A stretch of DNA of 64,000 bases from an uncultured Gemmatimonadales bacterium (GCA_963708135.1 OY970192.1:2016001-2080000); one strand, 5' to 3'; counted from the first letter of the stretch, positions 1 through 8,578 are shown. Numbers and translations: made by a program. The notes: generated from the letters alone by a model not told the origin.

Positions 1-52
1 GTCCGATGATCGCGCCGGCCGCGAGGACCGGGCGCGTGCGTAGCGATGCCAT
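1..52 (-). CDS. 5' end of a gene running off the window (MASLRTRPVLAAGAIIG..., possibly a signal peptide)
   Basis: ATG at 52 on the minus strand; basic then hydrophobic N-terminus; only 17 codons visible. Confidence 0.4.
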   Translation of the reverse strand, partial: MASLRTRPVLAAGAIIG

Positions 53-159
53 GGCGGGTGCCGGGAAGGGCCGTCAGCGGCCACGGAGCTGGCGCACCGG
101 AACCTGTGAGGGGGGGGCAGGCGGCACGCGGGTCATCCCCACGTTGTCCGTGGCGGTCC

Positions 160-186
160 GTCAAGTCAATAGTAGTAACTTGACTT
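160..186. promoter_or_regulatory. AT-rich nested inverted repeats, probable transcription-factor site or promoter
   Basis: GTCAAGT(160-166)/ACTTGAC(178-184) and AAGTCAA(163-169)/TTGACTT(180-186) in an AT-rich patch upstream of the gene starting at 52. Confidence 0.45.
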
Positions 187-268
187 AGACCATCCTCCCC
201 CGCGGAAGACGCTCAAAGTCCGTGCAGGAGAAGAAACGAAGAGCGGAGGCCATGGCTGCGACAGTCCC

Positions 269-1351
269 TCAGCGGGCGCGAATCTCCTCGCGGGCGGCGC
301 GCGAGGCGGCCCTCAGTCGCTCGAGCGCGTCGCGGCCGGCGCCCGCGTCGATGGCCCGCTCGGCTTCGGCCACCCCGTCGGCGAGCGAGGGCGCGCGGTC
401 GGCGAGGTAGATGGCGGCGCCGGCGTTGAGGGCAACGGCGGCGCGGGCCGCGCCGGCGAGGCTGCCGGCCAGGAGCGCCTCGATGAGGCGGGCGTTGGCC
501 TCGGGCTCCTGGCCGGCCAGCTCCGCCGCGTCGAGGTCGGTCCAGCCGAACGCCTGCGCGGGATCGAGGGTGTAGCGCGAGAGGACGCCCTCGCGGAGCT
601 CGATGACGTCGGTCGGGCCGAGCGGGCTGAGCTCGTCGAGGCCGGGCTCGCCGTGCACAACGAGGGCGCGCTCGTGGGCCAGCTCGCGGAGCGCGCCGGC
701 GATCAGCTCGAGGAGCGCCGGGTCCGCCACGCCCACGACCTGGCGCGCGGCGCCCGCGGGATTGGTGAGCGGGCCGAGCACGTTCATGATGGTGGGCATG
801 CGCAGCTCGCTGCGCACGGGTCCTACGTGGCGCATGGCGGGGTGCAGCAGGGGCGCGAACATGAAGACGATGCCGGCGCGCTCGAGGACCTCGGCCATGC
901 CGTCCGGCGTGAGGTCGATCGCCACGCCGAGCCGCTCGAGCACGTCGGCGCTGCCGCAGCGCGAGGTGAAGGAGCGGTTGCCGTGCTTGGCGATGCGCAC
1001 GCCCGCGCCGGCGGCCAGGAGCGCGGCGGCGGTCGAGATGTTGAAGGTCGTGAGGGCGCCGCCGCCCGTCCCGCAGGTGTCGAGGAGGGGCGCGCCGGGC
1101 CCGGCCGGCACGGGGATCATGGCGCGCCGGAGCGCGCGCACCCCGCCGGCCACCTCGGAGGAGGTCTCTCCCTTGGCGCGCAGCGCGGCGAGCAGCGCCG
1201 CGATCTGGACGGGGGTGGCGCGCCCCTCCATGACGGTCGAGAAGGCGGCCTCCGCCTCGTCGATCGAGAGGTCGTGCCGGCCGGCCACGCGGGCGATGAG
1301 GCTCGCCAGCGAGGGACCGACCGGCTCCTCGTTCAGCGGTGCATCGGGCAC
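269..1351 (-). CDS. trpD: anthranilate phosphoribosyltransferase
   Basis: DTCGTGG, FNIST, KHGNRSFTSRCGSADVLE, FAPLLHPAMRHV, GPLTNPA, GLDEL motifs; GTG at 1351 with GGAG upstream (the ORF-track start at 1753 overlaps the upstream gene). Confidence 0.95.
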   Translation of the reverse strand: MPDAPLNEEPVGPSLASLIARVAGRHDLSIDEAEAAFSTVMEGRATPVQIAALLAALRAKGETSSEVAGGVRALRRAMIPVPAGPGAPLLDTCGTGGGALTTFNISTAAALLAAGAGVRIAKHGNRSFTSRCGSADVLERLGVAIDLTPDGMAEVLERAGIVFMFAPLLHPAMRHVGPVRSELRMPTIMNVLGPLTNPAGAARQVVGVADPALLELIAGALRELAHERALVVHGEPGLDELSPLGPTDVIELREGVLSRYTLDPAQAFGWTDLDAAELAGQEPEANARLIEALLAGSLAGAARAAVALNAGAAIYLADRAPSLADGVAEAERAIDAGAGRDALERLRAASRAAREEIRAR

Positions 1352-1422
1352 GCTTCGGCTCCGTGGTTGCCGGTCGGGCCGTGCAACGCTCGCGGACCCC
1401 GCGGCGGCGACGTCGCCATCCG

Positions 1423-3360
1423 CTACGGTCCCCCGCTGGCGGCGGCCGCGGCTGTACCCCAGGTGTCGTTGGTGCGGTCCTGGTCGGGCAGCGCGTGCTT
1501 CGGGTCGAGCGTCACGCCGGTGAGCTTCGCCGGGAGAAGCGTCGTATAGACGTAGCGGTTCCCGCCGTACCAGATCTGGACGGGCAGGTGGACGTCCCGC
1601 GTCTGGCCGTTGGCGAGGACGAGGCGCAGGTCCACGGGCATGACGGCGGGCTTGCGGTTCTCCAGCACGATGCTCGCCTGCTCGCTCCTGCCGAGGGCGG
1701 TCTCGGTGACGGTGTCCACGGCCTGGTCGAGCTGGTCCGTGGTGTAGAACCACTCGCGGAAGAACCAGCTCAGGTCCTGGCCGGAGACGTCCTCCATGGT
1801 GCGGAAGAAGTCCGCGGGCCGCGGATGCTTCCAGGCCCAGCGCGCGATGTAGGCGCGGAAGGCGGTGTCGAAGACGCTGTCGCCGAGCACCTGGTCGCGG
1901 AGCAGGTTCAGCACCATGCCGGGCTTGCGGTAGCCGACCTCCCCGAGCGCCGCGGCATCGATCCGGTCGGGCGGCGTCATCAGGGGCTGCTCCATGCCCA
2001 TCATCACGGCCTGCTCGTACGCCTGCCGGTACGACGCCGCGGCGTTGCTGCCGGGGTAGCGGCGGTCGTTGGCGAACTCGTCGATGAAGGTGTTGAACCC
2101 CTCATCCATGAAGACGAAGCGCCGCTCGTTGGAGCCGACGATCATCGGGAACCACTCGTGCCCGTGCTCGTGCGCGATGGTGCCGAAGATCCCCTTCTCC
2201 TGCCCCTGCGCGCTCACCATCACGAACATCGGGTACTCCATCCCGCCCACGGGGCCGGCCACGCTGGTGGCCTGCGGCCAGGGGAAGTCGAACCAGCGCT
2301 TCGAGAACTCGTCGATCGAGAAGCAGGTCATGTCCGCGGCCGTACGCCACGCCTTGCTCGCGGCCGGCTGATAGTACGACTGGCACAGGACGCCGTCGCG
2401 GCTGGTGGCGTCCCACAGGAAGTCGGGCGCCCCGGCCCAGGCGAAGTCGTGCACGTTCTTCGCCGTGAAATGCCAGGTGCGGGTGCCGCTCCCGGCCGGG
2501 CGGCCCGCGCCCTTGGCCGCCTCCGCGGGGGTGATGATGGCGACCTGCTCCGTCGTCTTCGCGGCCCTGGCCAGGCGCTCCCGCTCCGCCGCCGAGAGCA
2601 CGTCCTCGGGATTCTGCAGCGTGCCCGTGGCCGCCACCACGTAGCCGGCCGGCACCGTGAGCGACACGTCGAAGTCGCCGTACTCGAGGTAGAACTCGCC
2701 CTGCCCGAGGTAGGGGTCCGTGTTCCACCCGTTCACGTCGTCGTACACGGCGAGGCGGGGATACCACTGCGCGATCTCGTACAGCTTCCCCTCGTGGGCC
2801 ATGCGGTCCGAGCCGTGCTCGGGGACCGGGAACGACCAGCCGAAGGCGAGCTGCGTCTCCTGCCCCGGCGCCAGCGGCGCGGGCAGGTCCACGCGCATCA
2901 TGGTGTCGTACGTGTAGGTGTGGGCCGTCTGCCCGCCCGCCCTGGTGTAGCGGATCGTGATACCGCCCGCGAAGTTGCGCGCCCCCCAGCGGCCCTGGGC
3001 CGGGAACACCCTGGAGCCGAGGCTGCCGGGCCGGTAGATGTTCTGGTCGAGCTGCATCCAGACGAAGCGCAGCGTGTCGGGAGAGCCGTTGCGGTAGCGG
3101 ATCGTCTCCGTGCCGGAGACCGTCACGGCGGCCGTATCGAGCGCGGCCTCAATGGTGTAGTCGGCGCGCTGCTGCCAGTACGCGGGGCCGGGCATGCCGG
3201 AGGCCGACCGGTACTGGTTCGGCGTGGCGAGCTCGAGACGGCGAAACATCGAGGTGTCACCGTTCGCGAGCGGCGTATCCTGGGCCCGGAGCACCGCGGG
3301 AGCGGCCAGGGCGAGGGCCACGAGCGCGCCCGCGACCACGCGCGGAAGTCTTTCTCTCAT
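1423..3360 (-). CDS. secreted M1-family zinc aminopeptidase
   Basis: signal peptide; GGMEYP exopeptidase motif; HEHGHEW...MDEG (HExxH...E) zinc motif; PGPAYWQQRADY N-terminus. Confidence 0.9.
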   Translation of the reverse strand: MRERLPRVVAGALVALALAAPAVLRAQDTPLANGDTSMFRRLELATPNQYRSASGMPGPAYWQQRADYTIEAALDTAAVTVSGTETIRYRNGSPDTLRFVWMQLDQNIYRPGSLGSRVFPAQGRWGARNFAGGITIRYTRAGGQTAHTYTYDTMMRVDLPAPLAPGQETQLAFGWSFPVPEHGSDRMAHEGKLYEIAQWYPRLAVYDDVNGWNTDPYLGQGEFYLEYGDFDVSLTVPAGYVVAATGTLQNPEDVLSAAERERLARAAKTTEQVAIITPAEAAKGAGRPAGSGTRTWHFTAKNVHDFAWAGAPDFLWDATSRDGVLCQSYYQPAASKAWRTAADMTCFSIDEFSKRWFDFPWPQATSVAGPVGGMEYPMFVMVSAQGQEKGIFGTIAHEHGHEWFPMIVGSNERRFVFMDEGFNTFIDEFANDRRYPGSNAAASYRQAYEQAVMMGMEQPLMTPPDRIDAAALGEVGYRKPGMVLNLLRDQVLGDSVFDTAFRAYIARWAWKHPRPADFFRTMEDVSGQDLSWFFREWFYTTDQLDQAVDTVTETALGRSEQASIVLENRKPAVMPVDLRLVLANGQTRDVHLPVQIWYGGNRYVYTTLLPAKLTGVTLDPKHALPDQDRTNDTWGTAAAAASGGP

Positions 3361-3402
3361 ATCATGTTTCCGGATCCTGTCATTGTCTGTTCCGGGGTCC
3401 GG

Positions 3403-3411
3403 AAGCTAACA
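3403..3411 (-). promoter_or_regulatory. extended -10 element for the M1 peptidase/trpD unit
   Basis: TGT-TAGCTT on the minus strand about 40 nt upstream of ATG 3360; TAGCTT recurs as the -10 at 32247 and 44157. Confidence 0.4.
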
Positions 3412-3455
3412 TGCGGCCCGCCGGCCCGCGAGTTCGGGTGCGCAGGCGACGGGGC

Positions 3456-3554
3456 CGGGCACGCCGCGCGCGCGCACGGACCGCGCCGATAGCCACTCTC
3501 GCCATCGCGGGTGAAGCTGAACGGGCACGCCGCGCGCGCGCACGGACCGCGCCG
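3456..3554. repeat. two identical 33-bp direct repeats separated by a 33-bp unique spacer
   Basis: CGGGCACGCCGCGCGCGCGCACGGACCGCGCCG at 3456-3488 and 3522-3554. Confidence 0.9.
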
Positions 3555-3669
3555 GTGGCGACAGCCTTCCGCGCGGCGCGGAACGGCGCTCGCGTGCCGT
3601 CACGGGGGAAGGCGGTGGGCAGGCAACGAACCGGGATGCGGCCCCGCGACCGGGGCACGGGAGAGGGAC

Positions 3670-4791
3670 ATGGCCGACGGCGATGTGAAGCGGTGGCGCA
3701 CCTTCTGGCAGGACGAGGGCGAGTCGGCGTACCTGTACCGCGTGCTGGCGGAGCTGGAGACGGACCCGCGCCGCCGCAAGCTCTTCGAGCGCCTGGCGGA
3801 GGTGGAGATCGACCACCAGGAGGTGTTCGCCAAGCTGCTGACGGAGCGCGGCAAGCCGCCGGGCTCGTTCCGGCCGGGGCTGCGCGCGCGGCTGCTCGGG
3901 ATCGTGGCGCGGCGGGGTGGCGCGAGCACGGTGCTCTCGCTGCGCATCGCGGACGAGGCGCGCGAGGTGAAGAAATACCTGAAGGAGGGCAGCGAATCGC
4001 TGGCCGGCAGCGTGGGCCTCGGCGAGCAGGTCGCGCGCGACGAGGCGCGGCACGCCGAGATGCTGATTGGGCTCGCGGGCCGCACGGGCGAGCCGTGGCA
4101 CCGCACCGAGTCCGGCGGCTTCATCCACAACGTGGTCTACGGCTTCAACGACGGGCTGACGGCGAACTTCGGGCTGGTGATGGGCGTGCTCGGCGCGGGC
4201 GTCGCGCCCGGCTTCCTGCTGCTCTCGGGGGTCGCCGGGCTGGTGGCGGACGCGCTCTCGATGGGGAGCAGCTCCTACCTGGCGGTGAAGAGCGAGCAGG
4301 AGGTCTACGCGCACGAGCTGGAGCTGGAGCGCGAGGAGCTGCGCCTCATGCCGGAGGTCGAGACGGAGGAGCTCGCGCTGCTCTACGAGGCCAAGGGGAT
4401 GCCCGCCGAGGCGGCCCGCGAGGCCGCCGCGCAGGTCATGGCGGACCCCGAGATCGCGCTGCAGGAGAAGGCGCGCGAGGAGCTCGGCATCTCGGGCGAG
4501 CAGATCTCGCCGATCAACGAGGGCCTGCTGACCGGGATCGCGACGGGGATCGGCGCGTTGATCCCGGTCTTTCCCTTCTTCTTCGGCAGCAGCCACGTGG
4601 CGGTCTGGTTCGCCTTCTCGATCAGCATGCTCTCCCATTTCGGTGTCGGCGCCGCGCGCAGCCTGTTCACGGGCCGCGGCGTCATCCGGAGCGGCATCGA
4701 CATGTTCGTCGTCGGCCTGGGTGTGGCCATCGTCGGCTACCTCGTGGGCGGCCTCATCACGGGAGGAATGGCGATGCCGGGGCGCCCGTGA
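3670..4791 (+). CDS. VIT1/CCC1-family iron/manganese transporter with N-terminal ferritin/rubrerythrin-like domain
   Basis: N-terminal E and ExxH helices (DEGESAYLY, EVEIDH, DEARH); VVYGFNDGL, GLVADALSMGSSSYLAVKSE, EELG VIT1 motifs; GAGAGGGA RBS before ATG 3670. Confidence 0.9.
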   Translation: MADGDVKRWRTFWQDEGESAYLYRVLAELETDPRRRKLFERLAEVEIDHQEVFAKLLTERGKPPGSFRPGLRARLLGIVARRGGASTVLSLRIADEAREVKKYLKEGSESLAGSVGLGEQVARDEARHAEMLIGLAGRTGEPWHRTESGGFIHNVVYGFNDGLTANFGLVMGVLGAGVAPGFLLLSGVAGLVADALSMGSSSYLAVKSEQEVYAHELELEREELRLMPEVETEELALLYEAKGMPAEAAREAAAQVMADPEIALQEKAREELGISGEQISPINEGLLTGIATGIGALIPVFPFFFGSSHVAVWFAFSISMLSHFGVGAARSLFTGRGVIRSGIDMFVVGLGVAIVGYLVGGLITGGMAMPGRP

Positions 4792-4925
4792 GGCGCGGGA
4801 TGCGGGACGGGGGATGCGGCGGGATGAAGATGACAGCCGATTCAGTCAGGCCGGCCTCTCCGGGGCAGAAGCGCGCAATCGCAAGCGCGCCCGGGTCACG
4901 CAGCTCGGGCACGAACCCTCGCACA

Positions 4926-5016
4926 CGCACACGCACCGGCACACGGGAGACGCTCCTGAACGCTCCGGACATGAGCCGCCGATCTGAGCCCCTGTGCGTG
5001 TGCTGATGCGTGTGCG
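4926..5016. repeat. REP-like imperfect inverted repeat (18/20 match)
   Basis: CGCACACGCACCGGCACACG (4926-4945) versus the reverse complement of 4997-5016; lies between convergent transcription units. Confidence 0.6.
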
Positions 5017-5019
5017 CTC

Positions 5020-5289
5020 TTCGTGGGCGGGTGCGTCCACGCGCCCGATGGCCTGCCGCGCGACGGCCAGGTCGAGGAGCTGCAGCGCCTTCCGCTGCGC
5101 CAGCTCGAGGTGGGGCGCCATCGGCCACGAAGCGCGCCCTGATGCCGGCGAGGCGGGCGCGCACGGCCCCATCGTATCCGGTGATGTGCATGGCGAGATG
5201 GGCGCCGCCGGCCACGCGCAATCGCGTGAGCAGCGTGGCGGCGAAGGCGATACCGACGCTGCCGCCGAGCTCGTGACGTTGAAGAGCCC
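5020..5289 (-). pseudogene. emrB: frameshifted C-terminal remnant of a DHA2/EmrB-family MFS efflux transporter
   Basis: joined across two frameshifts it reads GLFNVT/ELGGSVGIAFAATLLTRLRVAGGAHLAMHITGYDGAVRARLAGIRARFVADGAP/LELAQRKALQLLDLAVARQAIG, resembling the EmrB TM13 and periplasmic loop; begins 9 nt after the emrA stop; no start codon. Confidence 0.75.
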
Positions 5290-5298
5290 GCGCGGAGC

Positions 5299-6414
5299 TC
5301 AGCGCGTGGTGATCGTGACCTCGGCGCTCATGCCGGGCCGCAGCGGATGCTTCGGGTCCTGCTGGACCCGGATCCGCACCGGGATGCGCTGGACCACCTT
5401 GGTGAAGTTGCCCGTGGCGTTGTCGGGCGGCAGCAGCGAGAACTTGGCACCCGTGGCCGGGCTCAGGCTCTCGACGGTGCCGTGGTAGGTCACCCCCGAA
5501 TAGGCGTCGACGGAGAAGTCGACCGCCTCCCCGGGATGGACGTCCTGCACCTGCGTCTCCTTCAGGTTGGCCTCCACCCAGACATCGGTGAGCGGGACCA
5601 CGCTCATGAGCGGCTGGCCCGGCTGGACGTACTGCCCCACCTCGACGCTCTTCTTGGCCACCACACCGGCCTGGGGCGCCGTCACGCGCGTATAGGAGAG
5701 CTGGAGCGCGACCTGGTCACGGGCCGCGCGCGCGGCCGCGACCCTGGCGTCCGCCGCGTCGAGACCCGCCGTGGCGGCCACGATCTGCTGGCGCGCCGCC
5801 TGGGCGTTCCGCTGCGCGGAGACGAGCTGGGCGCTGGCCGCCTCGGCCGCAGCCTCCGCGGCATCGAGCTGCTGGCGGCTGACGATGTTCTTTTCCGCCA
5901 GGGAGCGGTAGCGCTGCAGGTCGCTGGCCGTCTTCTGCGCGTTGGCGCGCGCCTGCGCCACGGCCGCATCGGCCGCGGCCGCGCCCGCCCGCGCCGCCTG
6001 CAGCTGCGCGTCCGCCTGCCCCGCCTTCCCCTTGCTCCCGGCGCTCGCCAGCAGAGCGTTCAGCTCCGCATCGGTCTGCGACAGCTTGGAGGTCAGGTCG
6101 CGGTCGTCGAGGACCACCAGCGTGTCGCCCGCGGCCACCTTCTGGTTGTCCTCCACGCGGACCCGCGCCACGAAGCCGCCGACCCGCGCCAGCACCGGCG
6201 TGATGTGGCCGTCCACCTGCGCGTCATCGGTGGTGACGTGATTGCGGGTGAACAGCCAGTGGTGGACGCCGAACGCCGCGAGACCCAGCACCAGACCGCC
6301 CAGGATGACCGGAACCAGGCGCTTGCGGCCTCCGGGCGCCTCCCGCTCCTCGACCGGCGCCGGACCCTTCCCGCCGCGCACGCCCTCGCCGTCCCTGCCC
6401 ATTACCGTCGCCAT
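5299..6414 (-). CDS. emrA: HlyD/EmrA-family membrane fusion protein
   Basis: N-terminal TM; TTDDAQVDG; Ala/Gln coiled coil; WVEANLKETQ; ATGAKFSLLPPDNATGNFTKVVQRIPVRI. Confidence 0.93.
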   Translation of the reverse strand: MATVMGRDGEGVRGGKGPAPVEEREAPGGRKRLVPVILGGLVLGLAAFGVHHWLFTRNHVTTDDAQVDGHITPVLARVGGFVARVRVEDNQKVAAGDTLVVLDDRDLTSKLSQTDAELNALLASAGSKGKAGQADAQLQAARAGAAAADAAVAQARANAQKTASDLQRYRSLAEKNIVSRQQLDAAEAAAEAASAQLVSAQRNAQAARQQIVAATAGLDAADARVAAARAARDQVALQLSYTRVTAPQAGVVAKKSVEVGQYVQPGQPLMSVVPLTDVWVEANLKETQVQDVHPGEAVDFSVDAYSGVTYHGTVESLSPATGAKFSLLPPDNATGNFTKVVQRIPVRIRVQQDPKHPLRPGMSAEVTITTR

Positions 6415-6446
6415 CTATGTTTCTCCCCCGTTCGTGGTCGTCGCCA

Positions 6447-7802
6447 TCAAGCGTGGATCGTGCCCGCCGTGCCCGTCGCGCGCGCCAGATTGACGCGCGC
6501 CACCGCCGTGGTGAAGCGTGCGTCGATCTCCGCATCGCGGGCGCGGTTCAGGGTAGCCTGCGCGTCGATCACCTCGAAGTTGCCCGCCACGCCGCTGCGG
6601 AAGCGCTCCCGCGCCAGCTCCAGCTCCTGCTCGGCCAGGTCGAGGCGCTGCGCCGCGATCTTCTCCTGCTCGAGCCCGGACCCCAGATCCAGCAGCGCCG
6701 CGTTCACGTCCGTCTCGATCTGCTGCCTCAGGTCCCGCTCCCGCACCTCCGCCTCCCGGATCGCCGCATCCTGCTCGGCCAGCCGCGCCTCGCGGCCGAA
6801 GCCGTCCAGGAGCGGAAGGGACACCTCGAGCGCCAGCTGCCCCGTCGCGATCGTGTTGTTCGGGCGCGGGCCGTTCGTGCCGTAGTCGGCCTCGAGATCC
6901 AGCCGCGGCAGCCGCTCCATCGAGATCGCCCGCCGGGCCCGCTCCGCTACCGTTCGCCGCGCCTCCTGCGCCTGCAGGTCGGGCCGCCGCGAGAGCGCCA
7001 GCGAGAGCGCCGCTGCCGTATCCGTCGGCGCGTCCGACAGCCCGGCCGTCATCGTCAGGCTGTCGCTCAGGACGAAGCGCGTCGAGGGCGACACGCCGAG
7101 CGAGCGCGCCAGCTCCATCTGCGCCTGCTCGGCCTGGTTGCGTGCCACCACCACCTGCCCCTGCGCGGCCAGCAGCTGCGTCTTCGCGCGAGTGACGTCG
7201 ATCGCCGTCCCGACCCCCGCCGTCAGCTGGTCCTGCGCGAGCTGCAGGAGCTCCTGCGACAGCCGGGCGTCCGCCTCGCGCGCCGCCAGCAGCGAGCGCG
7301 CCCGCGCCGCCTTCAGGTACGCCACCGCCGAGCGCTGCGCCGCGTCCTGCACCGCCACGTCCGCGACCGCCTCGCTCCCCGTCACCGCTGCCGACGCCGA
7401 CCGCATCCGGAACAGGCTCGGCACGTCGAAGAGCGTCTGCCGCACCCGCATCCGGGCGTCATACGTGTCGAACGGGCCGATCAGGTCCGGGATCGGCGGC
7501 TCGCCCGGGACGGCCGGAAACGCGATCCCGAACGAGTTCTTGTTCATCGTCTTGTTCACCCACCCGCCCTCGGCGCTGAGCGACGGAAGCAGCCGCGCGC
7601 GGGCCTCGTGAAGCCGTCCCGTCGCCTGCTCGACGCCAAGGCCCGCGAGCTCGACCGACGGCGCCCGCGACATCGCCCGCCCAACCGCCTCCGCAAGCGA
7701 CAGCCGCACCGGCCCGCCCGACTCCGCCGCCTGCTGCGCCCCCGCACCCCGGGCCGGCACCGCCAGCGCGGCGACCACCACCAGCCAGCCTGACTTACCC
7801 AT
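6447..7802 (-). CDS. TolC-family outer membrane efflux protein
   Basis: signal peptide; LSLAEAV; two OEP repeats (LLPSLS..., RLPRLDL...); ARERFRSGV...EVIDAQ. Confidence 0.9.
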   Translation of the reverse strand: MGKSGWLVVVAALAVPARGAGAQQAAESGGPVRLSLAEAVGRAMSRAPSVELAGLGVEQATGRLHEARARLLPSLSAEGGWVNKTMNKNSFGIAFPAVPGEPPIPDLIGPFDTYDARMRVRQTLFDVPSLFRMRSASAAVTGSEAVADVAVQDAAQRSAVAYLKAARARSLLAAREADARLSQELLQLAQDQLTAGVGTAIDVTRAKTQLLAAQGQVVVARNQAEQAQMELARSLGVSPSTRFVLSDSLTMTAGLSDAPTDTAAALSLALSRRPDLQAQEARRTVAERARRAISMERLPRLDLEADYGTNGPRPNNTIATGQLALEVSLPLLDGFGREARLAEQDAAIREAEVRERDLRQQIETDVNAALLDLGSGLEQEKIAAQRLDLAEQELELARERFRSGVAGNFEVIDAQATLNRARDAEIDARFTTAVARVNLARATGTAGTIHA

Positions 7803-8469
7803 TCGCCTCGTCCCCTCCGGGACCCGTCGCGAGGCCCCTCAGGAATATCTCAATGTGCAGCGCGAGGAACGCCCGCGCGTCGAAGCCGCTCGGATCGTAC
7901 GGGCCCAGCGAATGCTCGTAGACCAGCGCCCACACCATCGGCGCGAGCGCCACCCGCACCGCGTCCGCGGCGTCCACCTGCCGGAACTCACCACTCGACA
8001 TCCCGCGTTCCAGCACCCCCTGGAAGAGCCGGCGCGCCCGCACCAGCACCTCCTCCACGTAGTAGCGGGCCACCCCCGGAAAATTGGCCGCCTCCGCCGA
8101 CATGAGCTTCGCCAGCCCGCACGACGGCGGCATCGACGCCCGCTCCCACCACTCCAGCATCAGCTGCCGGAACAGGTCCGCCGCGCTCCCCGTGTGCTCC
8201 GCCACCCGCCGCTCCCCAGCCTCCAGCCGCGGCAGGACCGACTCCTCCACCATCGCCCGGAACAACTCTTCCTTGCTCTTGAAGTACAGGTACAGCGTGC
8301 CCTTCGTTACCCCTGCCGCAGCCGCGATCTCCTCCATCCGCGTGGCCGCGTAGCCGCGCTCCACGAACAGCCGCGACGCCGCCGCCAGGATCTCCCCCGG
8401 GCGCGCCTCGCTGCGCCGCTGCCAGCGCGTCGTCTGCTCTCCGGCCGTACCCGCCGCCGCGTTTGCCAT
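7795..8469 (-). CDS. TetR/AcrR-family transcriptional regulator
   Basis: ILAAASRLFVERGYAATRMEEIAAAAGVTKGTLYLYFKSKEELF helix-turn-helix; GGAGG RBS. Confidence 0.95.
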   Translation of the reverse strand: MANAAAGTAGEQTTRWQRRSEARPGEILAAASRLFVERGYAATRMEEIAAAAGVTKGTLYLYFKSKEELFRAMVEESVLPRLEAGERRVAEHTGSAADLFRQLMLEWWERASMPPSCGLAKLMSAEAANFPGVARYYVEEVLVRARRLFQGVLERGMSSGEFRQVDAADAVRVALAPMVWALVYEHSLGPYDPSGFDARAFLALHIEIFLRGLATGPGGDEANG

Positions 8470-8481
8470 GGGCCTCCTTAC

Positions 8482-8499
8482 TAACTGACCAGTCAGTTA
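8482..8499. promoter_or_regulatory. probable TetR operator
   Basis: perfect palindrome TAACTGAC-CA-GTCAGTTA between the -10 element and the tetR RBS. Confidence 0.8.
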
Positions 8500-8527
8500 T
8501 TTTAGCCGGCGGCGGGAGGCGTGTCAA
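8499..8527 (-). promoter_or_regulatory. sigma70-type promoter of tetR-tolC-emrA
   Basis: TTGACA(8527-8522)-17 bp-TAAAAT(8504-8499). Confidence 0.8.
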
Positions 8528-8578
8528 GATGGCGCGCCGCGGGCGGGGACGGAGTGGGCGGAGCCGCCCAGCGGCGCC

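Noticed and set aside
3456..3554. CRISPR array
   Set aside because: Only two repeats, no cas genes, no AT-rich leader and no typical terminal motif; kept as an unexplained direct repeat.
4846..5172. Cys-rich 108-aa ORF as a metal-binding protein
   Set aside because: Its protein-like part is one frame of the emrB remnant, and the CVCVC tail comes from the GCACAC simple repeat.
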